A DNA stretch of 63,876 nucleotides, the filler included, from Bigelowiella natans CCMP2755 (lineage: Eukaryota; Protista; Cercozoa): assembly GCA_000320545.1 (NCBI GenBank). It is 5 parts of 5 records of this genome, joined end to end, with 100 filler letters (N's around TTAATTAATTAA, not from the genome) between each part and the next. Parts side by side here need not be neighbours in the genome. Positions count along the whole stretch, not along the records: positions 6,726 to 30,251 come from ADNK01000867.1; 4 more parts are not named here. One strand, given 5' to 3'. Positions within the stretch are counted from its first letter, which is position 1. The number at the start of each line of letters is the position of its first letter. The position numbers and the translations under genes are program-made. Below the pieces are notes generated by a model. It was given only the letters and a program-made list of their open reading frames with translations, had not been told where the DNA came from and searched no databases. Shown piece after piece: positions 13,615 through 27,237 of this stretch.

Positions 13615-13852
13615 ATTGTAGGTTATGCAATGTTGTTCGAGCCGCTACACACGCACACCATTGATACGATGATGTATGCTATCGACGGTCTACAATACAC
13701 GTCTATATCGGTAAGGGGGTATGCACAGTGGGGTATCTGCCAAAAATGTTACATCTTTATCTGCATCATCAGCGGGGGCGAGCAGAGTGAATTCAAAAAG
13801 CGATCTCACCGCTACGTCTTCGGCAAATGGAGGCTTGGCTACAAAGAAAAGG

Positions 13853-13884
<32 letters not shown>

Positions 13885-13954
13885 CTGATGGTGATGATTG
13901 CAACTGGTGCCGCTGCATCATCGTCCTCCAACCCATCGTGAAAAGCATAGAAGA

Positions 13955-14009
<55 letters not shown>

Positions 14010-14222
14010 TTGTGTTCGTGCATGAAAAGATGAAAAATGAAGACAGCAGCAAAGATTTACAATAATGTGCCTCTCCCTTTTTATATTTGCCACGATGTGG
14101 TATCGTCATTCTCACCATCATCCCAACTATACCCCAGCTTTGTGTATTATTAATCACTCTGCGACTTCCCCCTGCCATGCAATACAAAAGCAATGCTGTC
14201 GCTCTAACATGTATTGTGCATT

Positions 14223-14257
<35 letters not shown>

Positions 14258-14749
14258 AGCAGTAGCAGCGGTATCAAGCGAGGAGGTCCCTTTTCTGTCG
14301 ATGGAGGAGGAGGAGGAAGAAGAAGAAGAAGCTACTATAAAGAGGGAGGGTGGTACAGATTTGACGATAGTGCAGTGACACCTATAGCTGAGCAAGACGT
14401 GGTCAGTAGAGAAGAATTTGTAATTAGTAGTAGCGGCAGCAGCAGCAGCTATGTTGTGAGGAGAGGTGTGTAGATAGATCGGAATTAACTACTACGATGG
14501 ATGTGGTGGTGAGGATCTCATATATACTTGCCATGTTTATCTTCCAACACAAGAACCTTTCTGTATCATGCTCACATGATGACGATGATGATGATGATGG
14601 TGCTATTCTATCGTCTCTTCTCCATATCCTGTCGGGCTCACTTGGAGCGCGCGTGTTCTTATTGTTTGTTATGTGAAAAGGTCACTCGAAACGCGTACGT
14701 GATGTTCTACCGACGACGGAGTAATCATCGTAACATAATCGTTGATTGA
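7208..14749 (+). CDS. Ubiquitin-specific protease (peptidase C19, USP4/15/32-like), C-terminal part; 5' end with the Cys box lost in the gap
   Basis: Spliced exons give RCFKRFTEKE..VYCSQ, YSLPPILVLHLKR (about 11675), KIQSFVDFPING, LYDLFAVINHYGG (about 13260), GGGHYVAFCK (His box, about 13525), WYRFDDSAV (about 14350) and AYVMFYRRR* (14681-14749). Confidence 0.9.
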
Positions 14750-15089
14750 TCTCACCCGCCACATGCGTAGCAGCAGCAGTAGCAGCTATCATCATCAATC
14801 GTGTCTACTAGCTCACTCTTTTTTGTGTGCCAATCCCCATAATGAAACAACAGGCACCGATCCTTTAAGGTGGGACTTCTTGCCGCAGGTCTTTAGTAAT
14901 TCATGCATGGTGATGATGATGATGATGATGATGATGATGAGGTCACGAGTGTGTCTAGTGTACAAGTAGCGTATCACCAACTTACTGGCTTGCTGCTTCT
15001 GCGTTTAGGAAACTCGTGAATTGTTGAAAAGACCGATTAGTGCCAGGGAGAGGGGGCTGGCAGATGAAGGTGCAAACGATACATTTTCT

Positions 15090-15152
<63 letters not shown>

Positions 15153-16133
15153 GTCCGCGTAGATAGAGTAGTCGTCGTCTTTGGTGGGTACTCACCTACT
15201 TCTCATCTATTGCAGCTGCTTCCAGTGCGTCAAGTGCCAGTTGGGCAAACTCTACCTGCGAAATATCATAGGCAACACAATAATATTAAGGGAGAAGCTG
15301 CGCGCCTTAACGCGCGTAGTAAAACCTGTACTTATTCATGTTATGCTTTAAAGTTTCTCTCTATCTATCATGCAGCAATCAAATTTATGTGATGCGCCGA
15401 CTCTGGTTCCAAGACTGAAATTATACATGTGCAAATATGCATGCTAGCATGCTAGCATGGCTACATGGGATACATCTAGACATCACTTATCCATCACACA
15501 AGCCCAGCAAGAACTTTTGCCATTCTAGCATTCATCAGCGTACAGTGTATATATGTTTGTATGCGCGGGTGGGCATGTGTACATGTAGTTTCCATTATTG
15601 GCGCATGTGTGCCGCGGTTTAACCATGTAGACCCAAGCGCACATGCTCGATCAGGCTAGCTAGCTAGCAGGGCTGGTGTCCTCAGCCCATAGTGAGACAA
15701 TGTACAATACACGCTATCTAGGCTATTTGTCTAGTTTGTTGCGTACTAGCGTAGATGAGCGTGTACATAGACATGATTGATGCGCGCTGTAACGGGGTCA
15801 TTCACACTCACAAACGTATGCTCAAGTCCGAACATTGGCGTTGGGAAGCATTGATGAGAGAGGATAAATGCATAGATTTAGAGGTACATTTCAGATGCGC
15901 ATGCATGGCGAATCAAACAGCGTCTACACTATGTTTACACTCACAATCATGTGCTGATTCATCGTAGAAGCTCTGAACTAATGTTTGAATTCAGAGGGTA
16001 GAGTAAATCGAGCAATACGTCAGAGAACTACGCCAAAATACAGCCATTATCTTCATCCAAGACAACCTGCACACACACAAACACACACACACACAAGAAG
16101 GAATAAATGCCTAAATTGTAAGCAAATAGAGAG

Positions 16134-17004
16134 CTAAAAAGTAGTGTGAAAATTAGTTAGGTTATTTACATGCTTCATCTCTTCTTTGGTCAAGTGGTTT
16201 GAAGAACTCCGGTTGTAGTCCCGTGTATTGCATGTTTTAGAATCTTTTTCATTCCTTTCGAATCGGGTTTTCTCATGATCCAATAGACAAGGTGCCGGTG
16301 AGTGATCCAATAGACAAGGTGCCGGTGAGTGGAGCGAACTTCCGCCTTTCGTCTTTGCATCGGTCGAATATACAACTGCTGTCAATCTTTCATCCACACC
16401 GGAATCCTAAAATACATGTCGCTAATATTTATGTGGGTTTCGAATCACACGGATAAACGTCTTTTCCTCATATTCAACTTCATGACTACATCATTATTGT
16501 TTAGAACCTCATCATCATATATCATGAAATACTACACATAATCTATTTTGGCAAGTTGGACACTAACATCGTCATCACCTTATTGATACCGATGGCTGAG
16601 CACCACCGTGTGATATCTTGCACAGTGCCATAAAGCCTGTCTATAGTGCCTTTCAAATTTACCTAAATCATATGGCAACAGCAAATAGTAAATGTTAGCT
16701 CGACTTGAATGGAAATTGTTTTATATTTCAGTAAACAATACTTGAGCCTTGCACTGGACTCTTGCCCAACGTTCTGTCCCACACTCCCAGACAAATCTAT
16801 GCGTCATCTGCAGGTATTCAGTGGCATCATTTATTGATAATGAAGAGGTAGTGTGGCTTTCATAGTGCGATAGAAAAAGAAGTTCTGTGATTTTACCTCA
16901 AATGAAATCCCTTTAGCGATGGCCAGATCTAGATGAGTTTGTAACTCTTTGCGGTCAGCCTAAAAAATTACCATTAATTTGAATCTTGATCGTCTTTGAA
17001 CGTG

Positions 17005-17051
<47 letters not shown>

Positions 17052-18280
17052 TGTATATATCCAGAAATTTGGATCCTGACCATCTATGAGCATGAATAAG
17101 CACATAATGAAAACTGCTCGCCTCAACATCAGGATTATCACCTTGTGGACTCTTTGAAGATAGAACTCTAGATTGGGCGTTACGCCTGAACTTTGACACG
17201 TCCCGTGCCCCTAATTTTTCAGCAGATTTAGATGACATCTATATTGTACTAAATAACCAAGATTATGCCAATATCGTGTCACCTGCGACATCTTGTTGAG
17301 AGCACTGGAAGACCACATGTGGATAAATGGATTGCAATTTATCACAAACTCTCCAGTACAGAGATCCTAAGTATCGACAGTCGTATAAGAATTAGTCCGT
17401 CACACGTAATGCAATCGTTGCTTCTTCTACCTTCCAAGTTTTCTTTTTAAGCTGCTTCCATTCTGTTTTTCCGACGAAGTTAGGCTTGCGAAAGTCCCAG
17501 CCTATAGAGTAAGATGTGCGTGGAAGCTACATTAATTGGCTGATATGGTGACAAATTAGGTTACGGTTTACTTTGGGGGGGGGTTCTTTTCCTGTTGTTC
17601 ATCGCCGAGCAGCTTGCAACTTCGGTATGATTACGAGGCAATGGTATCTCTTGGTAGAAACCAGGATCAGCAACTGCCGCTCTCTCTTCCTGAAGTTTTC
17701 TGTCTTTTCCGGTTCTTCTCAGCGGGGGGGGAGGACACGCTTTTCTCGCTTCTTCATGCGAAAGAAAAAATGGATCATCCAAGAGAGTAGTATCTGGTTC
17801 TGCGGATGATGACCACATAGGCTCCCATAGACCTATAACGTCCATCTCGTTTTCGTCAGTTACATGTGTTGTACGTGCCCCAGGATCCACATTGTCGAAA
17901 GGAGGCATAGGCAGCATCGTCGGGTAGGAAGGACAATTCATTGAAGACGCTATATCCGAAAACGCTGCAATTCTTGGTAGCTTCAACGATTTTGGTAACG
18001 GCTGCAAGTAAGATTGTGGTGGAGTGGTCGGCTGCGGAGGTTTCGCAACTGATTGTCGAAATTCAGGGGCCTTATAGCACTCTTGAGCATTTCTCATAGC
18101 TGGGGAATCTACAACTCGCAGCTGTTTGTTTGTTTGTTCGTTGTCTCCACTAAGAGCAGGACTTCTGTTTCTTTTCCTGCTTACCCTGGACCCTTCCATT
18201 GATATTCCGTCTTGGGATTTTCCATGTGGGGGAGATCTGTGTCTTCTTTCACGAAGCAGAGTGGAGTCGATAGCAGCCAT
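16134..18280 (-). CDS. PAS/PAC (PAS_3-like) domain protein with long P/S-rich disordered N-terminus
   Basis: The large exon at about 18280-17572 splices in frame to exons reading DLCTGEFVINCNPFIHMWSS / TPNLEFYLQRVHK / ADRKELQTHLDLAIAKGISFE / MTHRFVWECGTERWARVQCKAQ / VNLKGTIDRLYGTVQDITRW. These match the PAS VHxxDR and PAC GTxQDIT motifs. Last exon probably 16406-16134. Confidence 0.75.
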
Positions 18281-19139
18281 TGACGGCCGTACTTAATTCG
18301 ATAGTTGTAAAAAAAGGTTCTGCTCTGCAATTCAAGGACTTAAATATGTCGCACCCAGAGGAATGAATTTTACCCTCGAAAGATTTTTTTTAATGGAGGG
18401 TAGCCCTGGTAATTGTTCTTCTGCTTTTACTGGAAGGCCAGAAGGGGATGGGGATGCGGCTTCTCAGTGGCCTTTTCTTTCCTTCCGGAAGGATGCCGGA
18501 AAAAGCCTGGAGAAGTCAGCGATTTTCCGATAATACACCGTTTTCCTTATTGTCGCTGAGTAAAAATCGGTTGGTCTCGGATGGATTTCTTCCTCCGCAC
18601 AGTTGCGTTACACTATATGATGTGGGTAGTCCTAGGTAGTCTCTTTCTCCACTTATGTCCAAACTTTGGCTAAATCTCCTCAAGGCGGCCAGTTGTCTTT
18701 CGTCTGTCTAATGCGCAATCTTTGTGGAGAAAATCTCGTTCACACCGTGACGTTTAGGTCGAAACGCCTTGCAATTCGCCTGGTGGTGTCCCTTTTTTTC
18801 TCTTTTCTTCTTCTTCTGTTTCTTGTTCTTGTTCTTTCGTTGTTCTCCGTGTCGTCGTGCAGTTACCTAATAAATCTGCGCGATCATCAATTGATTCTCA
18901 GCAGCCACTTTCACCTAAATATGACCTACCAAAGATGAAATACCGCCACGAACATTTCTCGAGTTCGATACTCGTTGAAAAAGTATCATTGCGACCAGAT
19001 GCATCCGATCTATTTGTCAGATGTATCTTCGGTATAATATTGTCTAAACATACGCTGTTGATGGCTGCTTCTGATGAGACTGCTCCTTCGAATCAATCCT
19101 CCTCCCATATATACTCTGATTAGAGCCGACAGCCCCATC

Positions 19140-20260
19140 TGCATGCCGTCGTCCTTCCTCCCGTCATTGGCCTGACGATAATGCATCATGGACAAGGTGG
19201 TGCTCATGTTAGTAAGCACCTATATTGCTTTATACACTTTCGATAGCAATCCGAACGAGGCGCCAAGCAGCTGTGGTCAGTGCTCCCGCTCATCCTCTCA
19301 TCGGGAAACATTTCCGAATCAATGGAATACTTGGATCCGAGACCAACCTAGGGTTACAGCTAAAGTCCATTTTGGCAAGCGCGGGGGCTTCGATGATGGG
19401 CACTCAAAGTCTGTATGATCACGTATCTCCACCACACTTTCTCTCACATCTTTTAAGCACTTGGTTCGTTCATAATCTAGATTGGTAGGGACGGGAAGCA
19501 CCGTGGCGACCCCGCCGCTCAACAGAAGAAGAAGTAGCTTACCGCCTTGGGAGAGACGCCATCGAACACTCGCCGGCGACAGCGATGATGAAGGAAAGGA
19601 TGGCCAAAAAATCGGAATGAAACTGGTACCAACCTTTTTTTGCGAGTACATATTCAGAGTACTACTAACATCTTGTGCGGCCACATTGTGCAATATAAGT
19701 TCGAGAAATTACGGAATTCAAACTTCACGTCATCGAGGGACGATCCCATGAAATGGGTGAATGAATTCAAGGTATTTCGATACTTGGCAATAGTCCTTTT
19801 AAAAATAATTGTAGTTGATAGTCAAACGAACTTCTTGCTGAAGTTCGGCAAATCGTGCCTAAATCGGAATGATTCATACACTATTGCTAAATTTGACCAG
19901 GAAGAGATGAAGAAAAGTGGAGGCAGATACCGTGCTATAGAGGATCGTAAGAATAATCACCAAATCAAACTTTGTCGGCATTTTTCTCGCACAAGTAGGG
20001 AGTGTCGTGATGGATGATGACTCAACCGCATGTACTGTGACAATAACTGTTAGAACGTCCAACTCCGCCGAGCAGACAGATGAAGAAAACCCTGGTAGTA
20101 GATAGGCAGGAAAGTAAACACAAACAGACGACTCTTGTATCATCATCAGAAGTAGCTGTAGTAGCATCTCATTCTTCGCTATGATTGTCATCGATAGGAG
20201 AAAATAAGGCGATCGATGTCTCAAAATGGCGATGAATCGTTGAATCAAATCAATATAGGT

Positions 20261-20308
<48 letters not shown>

Positions 20309-21682
20309 CTAAACATCAGTATACTCTAGGCCGACACGATTTTGAGAATCCTCCTCACTGACTTATCACTCATTGAATCACAGAGAATTTACTGTGTAAG
20401 CTAGCTTAGACACTTACATCTATGTTGCGCAACCATAACGCGTTTGAAATAATGGTGTATTCACGAAGACGACGCAAGGAAGAAGCTAACCCCCCACAGC
20501 CTAGCCTTCCTCTCCAATTTCTCCATGGTGGTACTAGGGAGATGATGATGATGATGATGATGATGATGACGGTTATCCTTTGATGACGAGAGGGTGTTAA
20601 AATAGGCAAGCTTATCCCCGGTCCTTGTGTGTTCCTCCATATCCTCCATATCATCACATGCGTCCATAACATGCATGGTGTAATAATGCAGGACTATCTA
20701 GGCGAGAAGGTCCGGCAAAGTGCGGATCCAGAGAGGTCACACACTGCATCTCATCATGTCGTAGCGCTTAGCAGCAGTAGCCTCCTTTTATCGTTCAGAT
20801 GATGGATAAACATAGTGAGCGGGAGTGTTGTTGAACATTAGACTGAAGCGATTTAAAGCAATTGAGAGAGAGTTCTTTGAGGAGACGGAAAGGACACAGA
20901 GGCAGCAGCAAGAGCAGCAGCAAATGGAATACGAACAGGAGGAGCAGCAGTCAGATCCGCTCTCTCTGTATCATGGTCAAGGTCACAAGTATCATCATCG
21001 TCGCCAAGCGCTACCAGCTCACCCCGAGGAAGAAAAGGTCAAGAATAAAGAAGATGAACTTGAAAAGGAAGAAGAGGCACTGTTACCAGAGCCCCCCTTC
21101 CCAGATCGAAACATGCTTCAAAAACTACGACGCAGTGAGGAGGAGGAGGAGGAGGAGGAGGAGGAGGAGGATGAAGAAATACAAAAAGAAAGTTTCGGAA
21201 AGAAGGGTACAATGCTGTGTGTGACATATTGATGACTATATAGCAGTGAAAGTGATGATGAAGATAACGAAGATGATGATGATGATGATAATGATGGTGA
21301 ATGGATCCCAGAACAAGATGAACTGTTGAAGCATCCATTTCAATCATAAGACCTCGTTAACACAGATAAATTCTACAGCTGGTGTTTCTACTGTCTTGTT
21401 TCCTACCACACCATCTGCACGGCCTTCTTTCTTTCTTTCTTCATCCAACATCATGTGTGCATGAATGACTGACTGCTGCATCAGTGGGGAGAGAATACAC
21501 GGAAAGGATCCACAAGGAGGGTGGAGGAACAACCCTCTTCGAAGACGAAGACGATATGATCGTGCAAAATCCAACAAATCCAAATCCAGGGTATGGGCTA
21601 TCTATTCCAAGAACAAACCAGCCTATTCATCATACATTAATTTTAAAACGGCCAATACAATTGATATGTTGATAGCTCAGAC

Positions 21683-21723
<41 letters not shown>

Positions 21724-22541
21724 CAAGCTTCCATATTCACTGAGAAATTATAATAATATCAACTTGTAGTCCCACGAAACGACTAAAGGAAAGTCCTGCG
21801 ATCCAAGGCAGCAACAACCCAGCACCGCCACAAGAACCGAAGCTTGGCCCGCTGGTGAAACACTTTCTCCTCCCTGCCCCCCTTCTCCATCGTCCATTTT
21901 CAGATAGACGCCTCTTTTACTGAGATATGAATAGCCGATGCACAATAGTAGCGTCTGAAAACATGATTCACAAAAGCGAGCACCATTTTGGGTTATGGAC
22001 ACAAAGAGCGCATTGCCTTTGATATGATAAGATAAGGGATGAATTGCTGTTGCGGGGGACAAATAAGATGATGTCAATAGCCTCAACTCGTTCTGTAATG
22101 TATACCTTATTGTACAGCAAAAGGTGCAGCTTGAGCGATTGCTTCGGATGTTGGAGGTGGAGCTCGATTTAGTCATCTATTTCATGCTAGTGATGAGTCG
22201 CATATTTTGATGAAATGAAAACAGAAGAGAAAGCGGCAGCTTTTTTCACTGATAACTTTGCACATTGTACGTAATAAGAATCACACAACTGCTGTTTTCA
22301 GCGAAACGGCGTCGATACACGAGAGATTCTTAATGCGCGACATAAGTTGGAACTCCAGGATAAACAGGAAAGCCATATAGAGAAGGAGAACAGGTGAAAG
22401 TAGCAAACTGTCATCATCATTATCATCGTTATTATCATCATCATCATCATTATTATTAAAGCCATCACCGTTTTTAATGTTTACTACTTATATTTAGACC
22501 ATCAATCGATGCTCTCTGTAGTACCTCCTTTGTCCACCGTC

Positions 22542-22600
<59 letters not shown>

Positions 22601-23321
22601 TATTATTTCAACGTACGAACTTACATATTTATCAAACGACGAATTTGTCAGGACGGCAGCTTAAGCTTGAATGAAGAAGATGAGGATGAGGAAGACGAAG
22701 ATATGGCAGAGCGGAAAGGTTCTTGCAATCCTTTTTTTAAATTGTACTTTTAAAATACTAAAAATTGATCCACATTATCGTCATCTTTATTCTTATCATG
22801 ACCACTTTGCCCAGTTTTATCTAATCCTATTATCTTTTTCTTCGTTCCTGCTATATTTGATGGAAGTCGTTGTAGTCATGTAAGTATATGTGTTTCCTCC
22901 AGTAGCGTTCAATATGCGCGGGAAGCCGTCGTCTCAAGAGCAAGATGGGAGAAATCTGGTCGATATTAGTAGTGTAGCAGTAGGAGTTGAATTAGTAGAG
23001 TAGTCATTTGAAAGGCAGAGAAACCTTTCACATTACAATGCAGAAATTTGGGAGAATATTCCTACTCCGTATCTTATTTGCCTGCTTGAATACTAAAATG
23101 GCCATTGTTATCATGATGATCCTCATTCTAAATTCAGCAGGATGGTGATTTCAATAAACAAGAAATTCTATCAGGTTGCATTGACAAATGTTAATGACAC
23201 ACAATTGTATTTTTTTGTCGGACTGACAATGTACATGGTCTTGATATTCTCATTTAGCCATCCAAAACAACCTTGGATCCTCGAAGTCGTCTTCATCTGA
23301 TGATTCCGATCATGATGAGTA
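19140..23321 (+). CDS. Hypothetical multi-exon acidic/low-complexity protein (start uncertain)
   Basis: GT-AG exons, e.g. STTNILCGHIVQYKFEK..WVNEFK, FGKSCLNRNDSYTIAKF, RLKRFKAIEREFFEE (20842 on), and a terminal AIQNNLGSSKSSSSDDSDHDE*. No domain recognised. Confidence 0.55.
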
Positions 23322-24862
23322 GAAATCACATAGCTAGATAGATAGCGCATTGCAGCAGCAATTCTACATACTCGATATTTTTTTTAAAAAAAATAGTACG
23401 TCTTCTTTTACATTATAGCATTCACACTCACTATTACTTGCTTGCTAGCTTGTTGCATTACTTACGCATTGCTATGTTCAGTAAGAGACAAAGTCTCTAA
23501 CTTCATCGACACGATGCACTGCAGCTTACTCTAGTACTAGCTAGCTAGCTTAAACGTCTAGATGTACGTCCAGATGCGTTCGTACATCGATCAAAATGCG
23601 GGCGTGCTTGCTAGCATGCTAGCATACTCTTCATGCGCACGATGCGACGGCGCATCATAAATAACGCAATGTGCTGCGATTGTGCCATTTAACTTGATGC
23701 ATCCTTGCTAGCCTGCAGCATGCGACAGCTGTGTTAATGCAACATCGATGCCAATCAATTTAGCAATGCTGCCGCATGGGGCTACTTGCCAAGATCAGCA
23801 TGCAGTTGACAAGGCTAGAAGGCTAGAAGGGCGGGAAAAAACAATGAAAGTCGAGACAGATGCATGTGTCGCGATGAATTGTTGATGTCTAATCCACATG
23901 TGCGCTTGGCTGCAAAAGCACGCGTCCAAGCTAGCAAGTCTGCATCGCCACAGCTAGACAGGGAGCCCTTGCTAGCTTGTGTCACACTTGTCAATGGCAC
24001 TCGAAACGTCATCAGTTGGAACAACGCTAGAACGAGCTTGATCGATGTGAAAAGCTAGAAAGTCGAGAAAATAAGGGGCTAACCCGTATCGTACTAGCGT
24101 AGCGAGTGTTGCGGACCTGCGATGCAAGGCTACATTCATAGCATTCTAGCATTGCTAGATTGTGTCAACGTGCAAGAAACACAACTCAAATCACATGCAG
24201 TGCACAGCATGCATGGCTTCTAGCTGCTATAGCTGTCGCTGGAACAATTCGATCTTGATTTTTTTTGTTTTTTCCCAAAATTTGTCATCGCATCTACACA
24301 TGCTGATCTTGGCAACTAGCCATAGCTAGCAGCGCATGTTGCCGGATGGCGGACATAATAATACATATGTACATGTAGCTACATAGAAAGATGTTGTTAC
24401 ACATCCAAACACGTCACTGCGCATGCGCACGTACTAGCACATAATAGAGTACCGCCGATGGTCTGTGACGATCGATGTGTGCATAGCTCTAAAAGAACTG
24501 TGCTCAATCGGTGAACAAACATCGCGTTGATTTATTCCGGCGAGGTCGAGATATGCAACGCAGAGCTTGAGGGCTCAACATATAGCGACTAGAGTACACA
24601 CATAGCACATCTAGATATGCCGTGCTAGACAAATGTCGAATAATATGCACGTGGTGTACATGTTCAAGAGTACATACACATGACACCAAGCGCGAATCAC
24701 AAGTTCCCAACAAGGCGAAATTTCCTTTTCTACCAGCACGCGGAGATCGTTTTTATTGTGATGTTCTTCCGAGAATGTTCCATATCTAAAGTCGACACAA
24801 CCGACACAACCGTCTCTATTCGGCTATAGCTGCTACGCAGATATACACATTTTTATGTTAAT

Positions 24863-26115
24863 TTAGAAATGAGGAATTCCAATCTTGTCCATAACTGGAA
24901 CACCAGTCTTGTACTCCTCAGCGAGGACTCCAAGGGATGCAAGCATAGCTAGACGTCCATTGTTTAGTTCCTGGTTTTGTCTCTTAGCCTTAGCTTCCTC
25001 GTTCTTCGGACCAAGCCCCAAAGGATCCCATCCGTAAGCACCAGGTTCCTGTCCGTCAGCAAGGGTGTTCCTATCCTTGAACCTTCCGGAGAAACGAAGA
25101 GCCTCTTGAGCGTGAACGTGAGCCATGAACCCGTAGAGGAACATCTGAACAAATTTGAGACAGTTTAGCATTAATTGGTTATGCAAAGATGAAAAGTAAT
25201 GGTGCGAAATGTAATTCCCTTCCACAACCCCAAGCTTTAGTTTAGGCCTCTACATTCGTAACTACGGATTGGATATTCGATAATGGGTGCAACTTACAGG
25301 TCCGCAGAGCTTTCCAACAGCCTGGAATTGCTCCAAGGCGGTTCCAGAAGCGGTAGGGAAAACTGGGTGATGAATTTCAGCCAAGAGCTCTCCAGCAATA
25401 GCAAGCATAGCCATACGCCCGTGAACGATTTCAGCCTCACGCATTCTGTAAAGAATATAGTATTCCATCTGTAAATTGATGATTGGCAATACTCTATATA
25501 GTCACTACGGTGGTGTATTGTCGAATTCTTACCTGAGAACTTGATCTTTGTTAGCATCAGCGAGGAATCCATAAGGGTCCCATCCGGCAGGTTGGCGGAA
25601 GAGGATGTTGTCGTAAACCTTACCGTTCCTGTTCCAATTATTTTTTTTTGTGAGCACTAAAAGCCAGCTTTATTCTTAGACATCTTAGATTGTCAGTTAT
25701 GGGCATGTGAGAAGATCACGTAGCGCGAAGTGAACATTGTTGGAAATTGGGAGGGGGTTAAGTAATTACAGGTTGGCCAGGTGTTGGTATCCAGACTGGA
25801 CGGACGACTTAGCGCTCACATCACGCTTTGCAGCCAAAGGCTTGTGCATAGAGTTCACCCTTGGAAGGGCAGCAGGCTTGGAAGCTACCCTGGTGGCAGG
25901 GCTAGCAGCAACAAGGCTGATAAGAGCGGTGCAAAGTGCGGTTTTTGTGCCAATCTACAATAATTGAGTGAAACAGAGGTGAGTCAGCATGATACTGAGT
26001 AACAGTAAGCACATGATGCGACGACACTAGGCAATATAAAATTCATCCATGCCCATCTAACAACACACTGTAGAATCCCGCCGCCTACGAGCAAGGGGGT
26101 GAGGGTTGCGACCAT
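24863..26115 (-). CDS. Light-harvesting complex protein, LI818/LHCX-like, with bipartite plastid presequence
   Basis: Five exons (26115-26089, 25954-25770, 25628-25533, 25445-25298, 25144-24863) in frame. Motifs WDPYGF, REAEIVHGRMAMLA, EIHHPVF, PGAYGWDPLGL and QELNNGRLAMLA. N-terminus is hydrophobic (TALCTALISLVAA) followed by an S/A/R/K-rich transit-like stretch. Confidence 0.93.
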
Positions 26116-27237
26116 GATTCACTCCCTTTGGATTGTATGTCTTACGACTGTAATCTCGAGCTGAAATTTACATCCTTATCATCCTGCGACAATAAAAAAT
26201 GCATGTCTCTGTTGAAAAAAAACATTCTTTTGGACATGTAAGAGAAACAGTATGTGTCCCGCTCCTAAAGTGCTAGCGCTTTGTACTGAGGAAATTGCAA
26301 CTGAGTCATGGATGAAACTCGAAAACTCGGACAAACGACCTTCGTTTCCAAGGAACGTCCAAACGGCAAGATGTTTGTCTTCCATAAAGAGTAATGGGGG
26401 GTTTGAGCCACTCCGCTTTTGGATTTGCTGCGAAGAATTCTTTCCGGTGAAACAAAATATTTATCGCAATCACCAGGAGATCTGTAAATATTAGAGACGA
26501 CATCAAATTATTGATGTCGTAATTAAAATATAGAAAAGTAATGACATACCTCAAAGGTACTCGTTGTCGCTGATGAATTTCACATGCTATTTATTATGTG
26601 ATCAGGAACACATTTCATCTGTTGATCGCAGTTTTATCTCCTGACAAACGTGATTTCATTTTTATTCAGCAGGAAGTCGATGATCTAGCACATGCATGCT
26701 GCATGCTAGCATGCACAACACACGTGGCAATCTAGCAATGTGACTCAATGTTGATTCATGTCCGTGCATGGCTGCACGCAGATGCGGATGGCGCAATCCT
26801 CACAAAATCCAGACGTGGCGGAACCGAGCAATTGATCGATCGCCCGCGGCATCGCATCAGAAACATCGATCATTGGCAAGCAAGCTGGCAAGAAGTGGTC
26901 TAGCAAGATGTGCTCAGTCGAGCATGATGGTGATGCGTGCATTGCATCGAATTACGTTGAGCTGCATGATCACACTGCTGGTCATGTCTGATCTATGCTG
27001 GCTAGCTAGACAAGCACAGACAAGACAGACAAACATTGTGTGCATTGCAGTGCATGGTGGCGGCAGTAGCAGCGGCACAAGAAGAAGAACATGATGGACA
27101 ACAGCAACATTAACATCATGATGGACACAGTAATATTACATATGTAAAACATGTGTTATTTCATGTTGTCTGCAATGAACGCGAAGAAAGAAGAACTTAC
27201 TAGCCATGAAATGCAATGCATCTACACATCCTAAATG

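Noticed and set aside
18300-18940. Possible Myb/SANT exon (TFFYNYRIKY) upstream of the PAS gene
   Set aside because: Out of frame with the 18280 exon, and I found no splice path that joins it.
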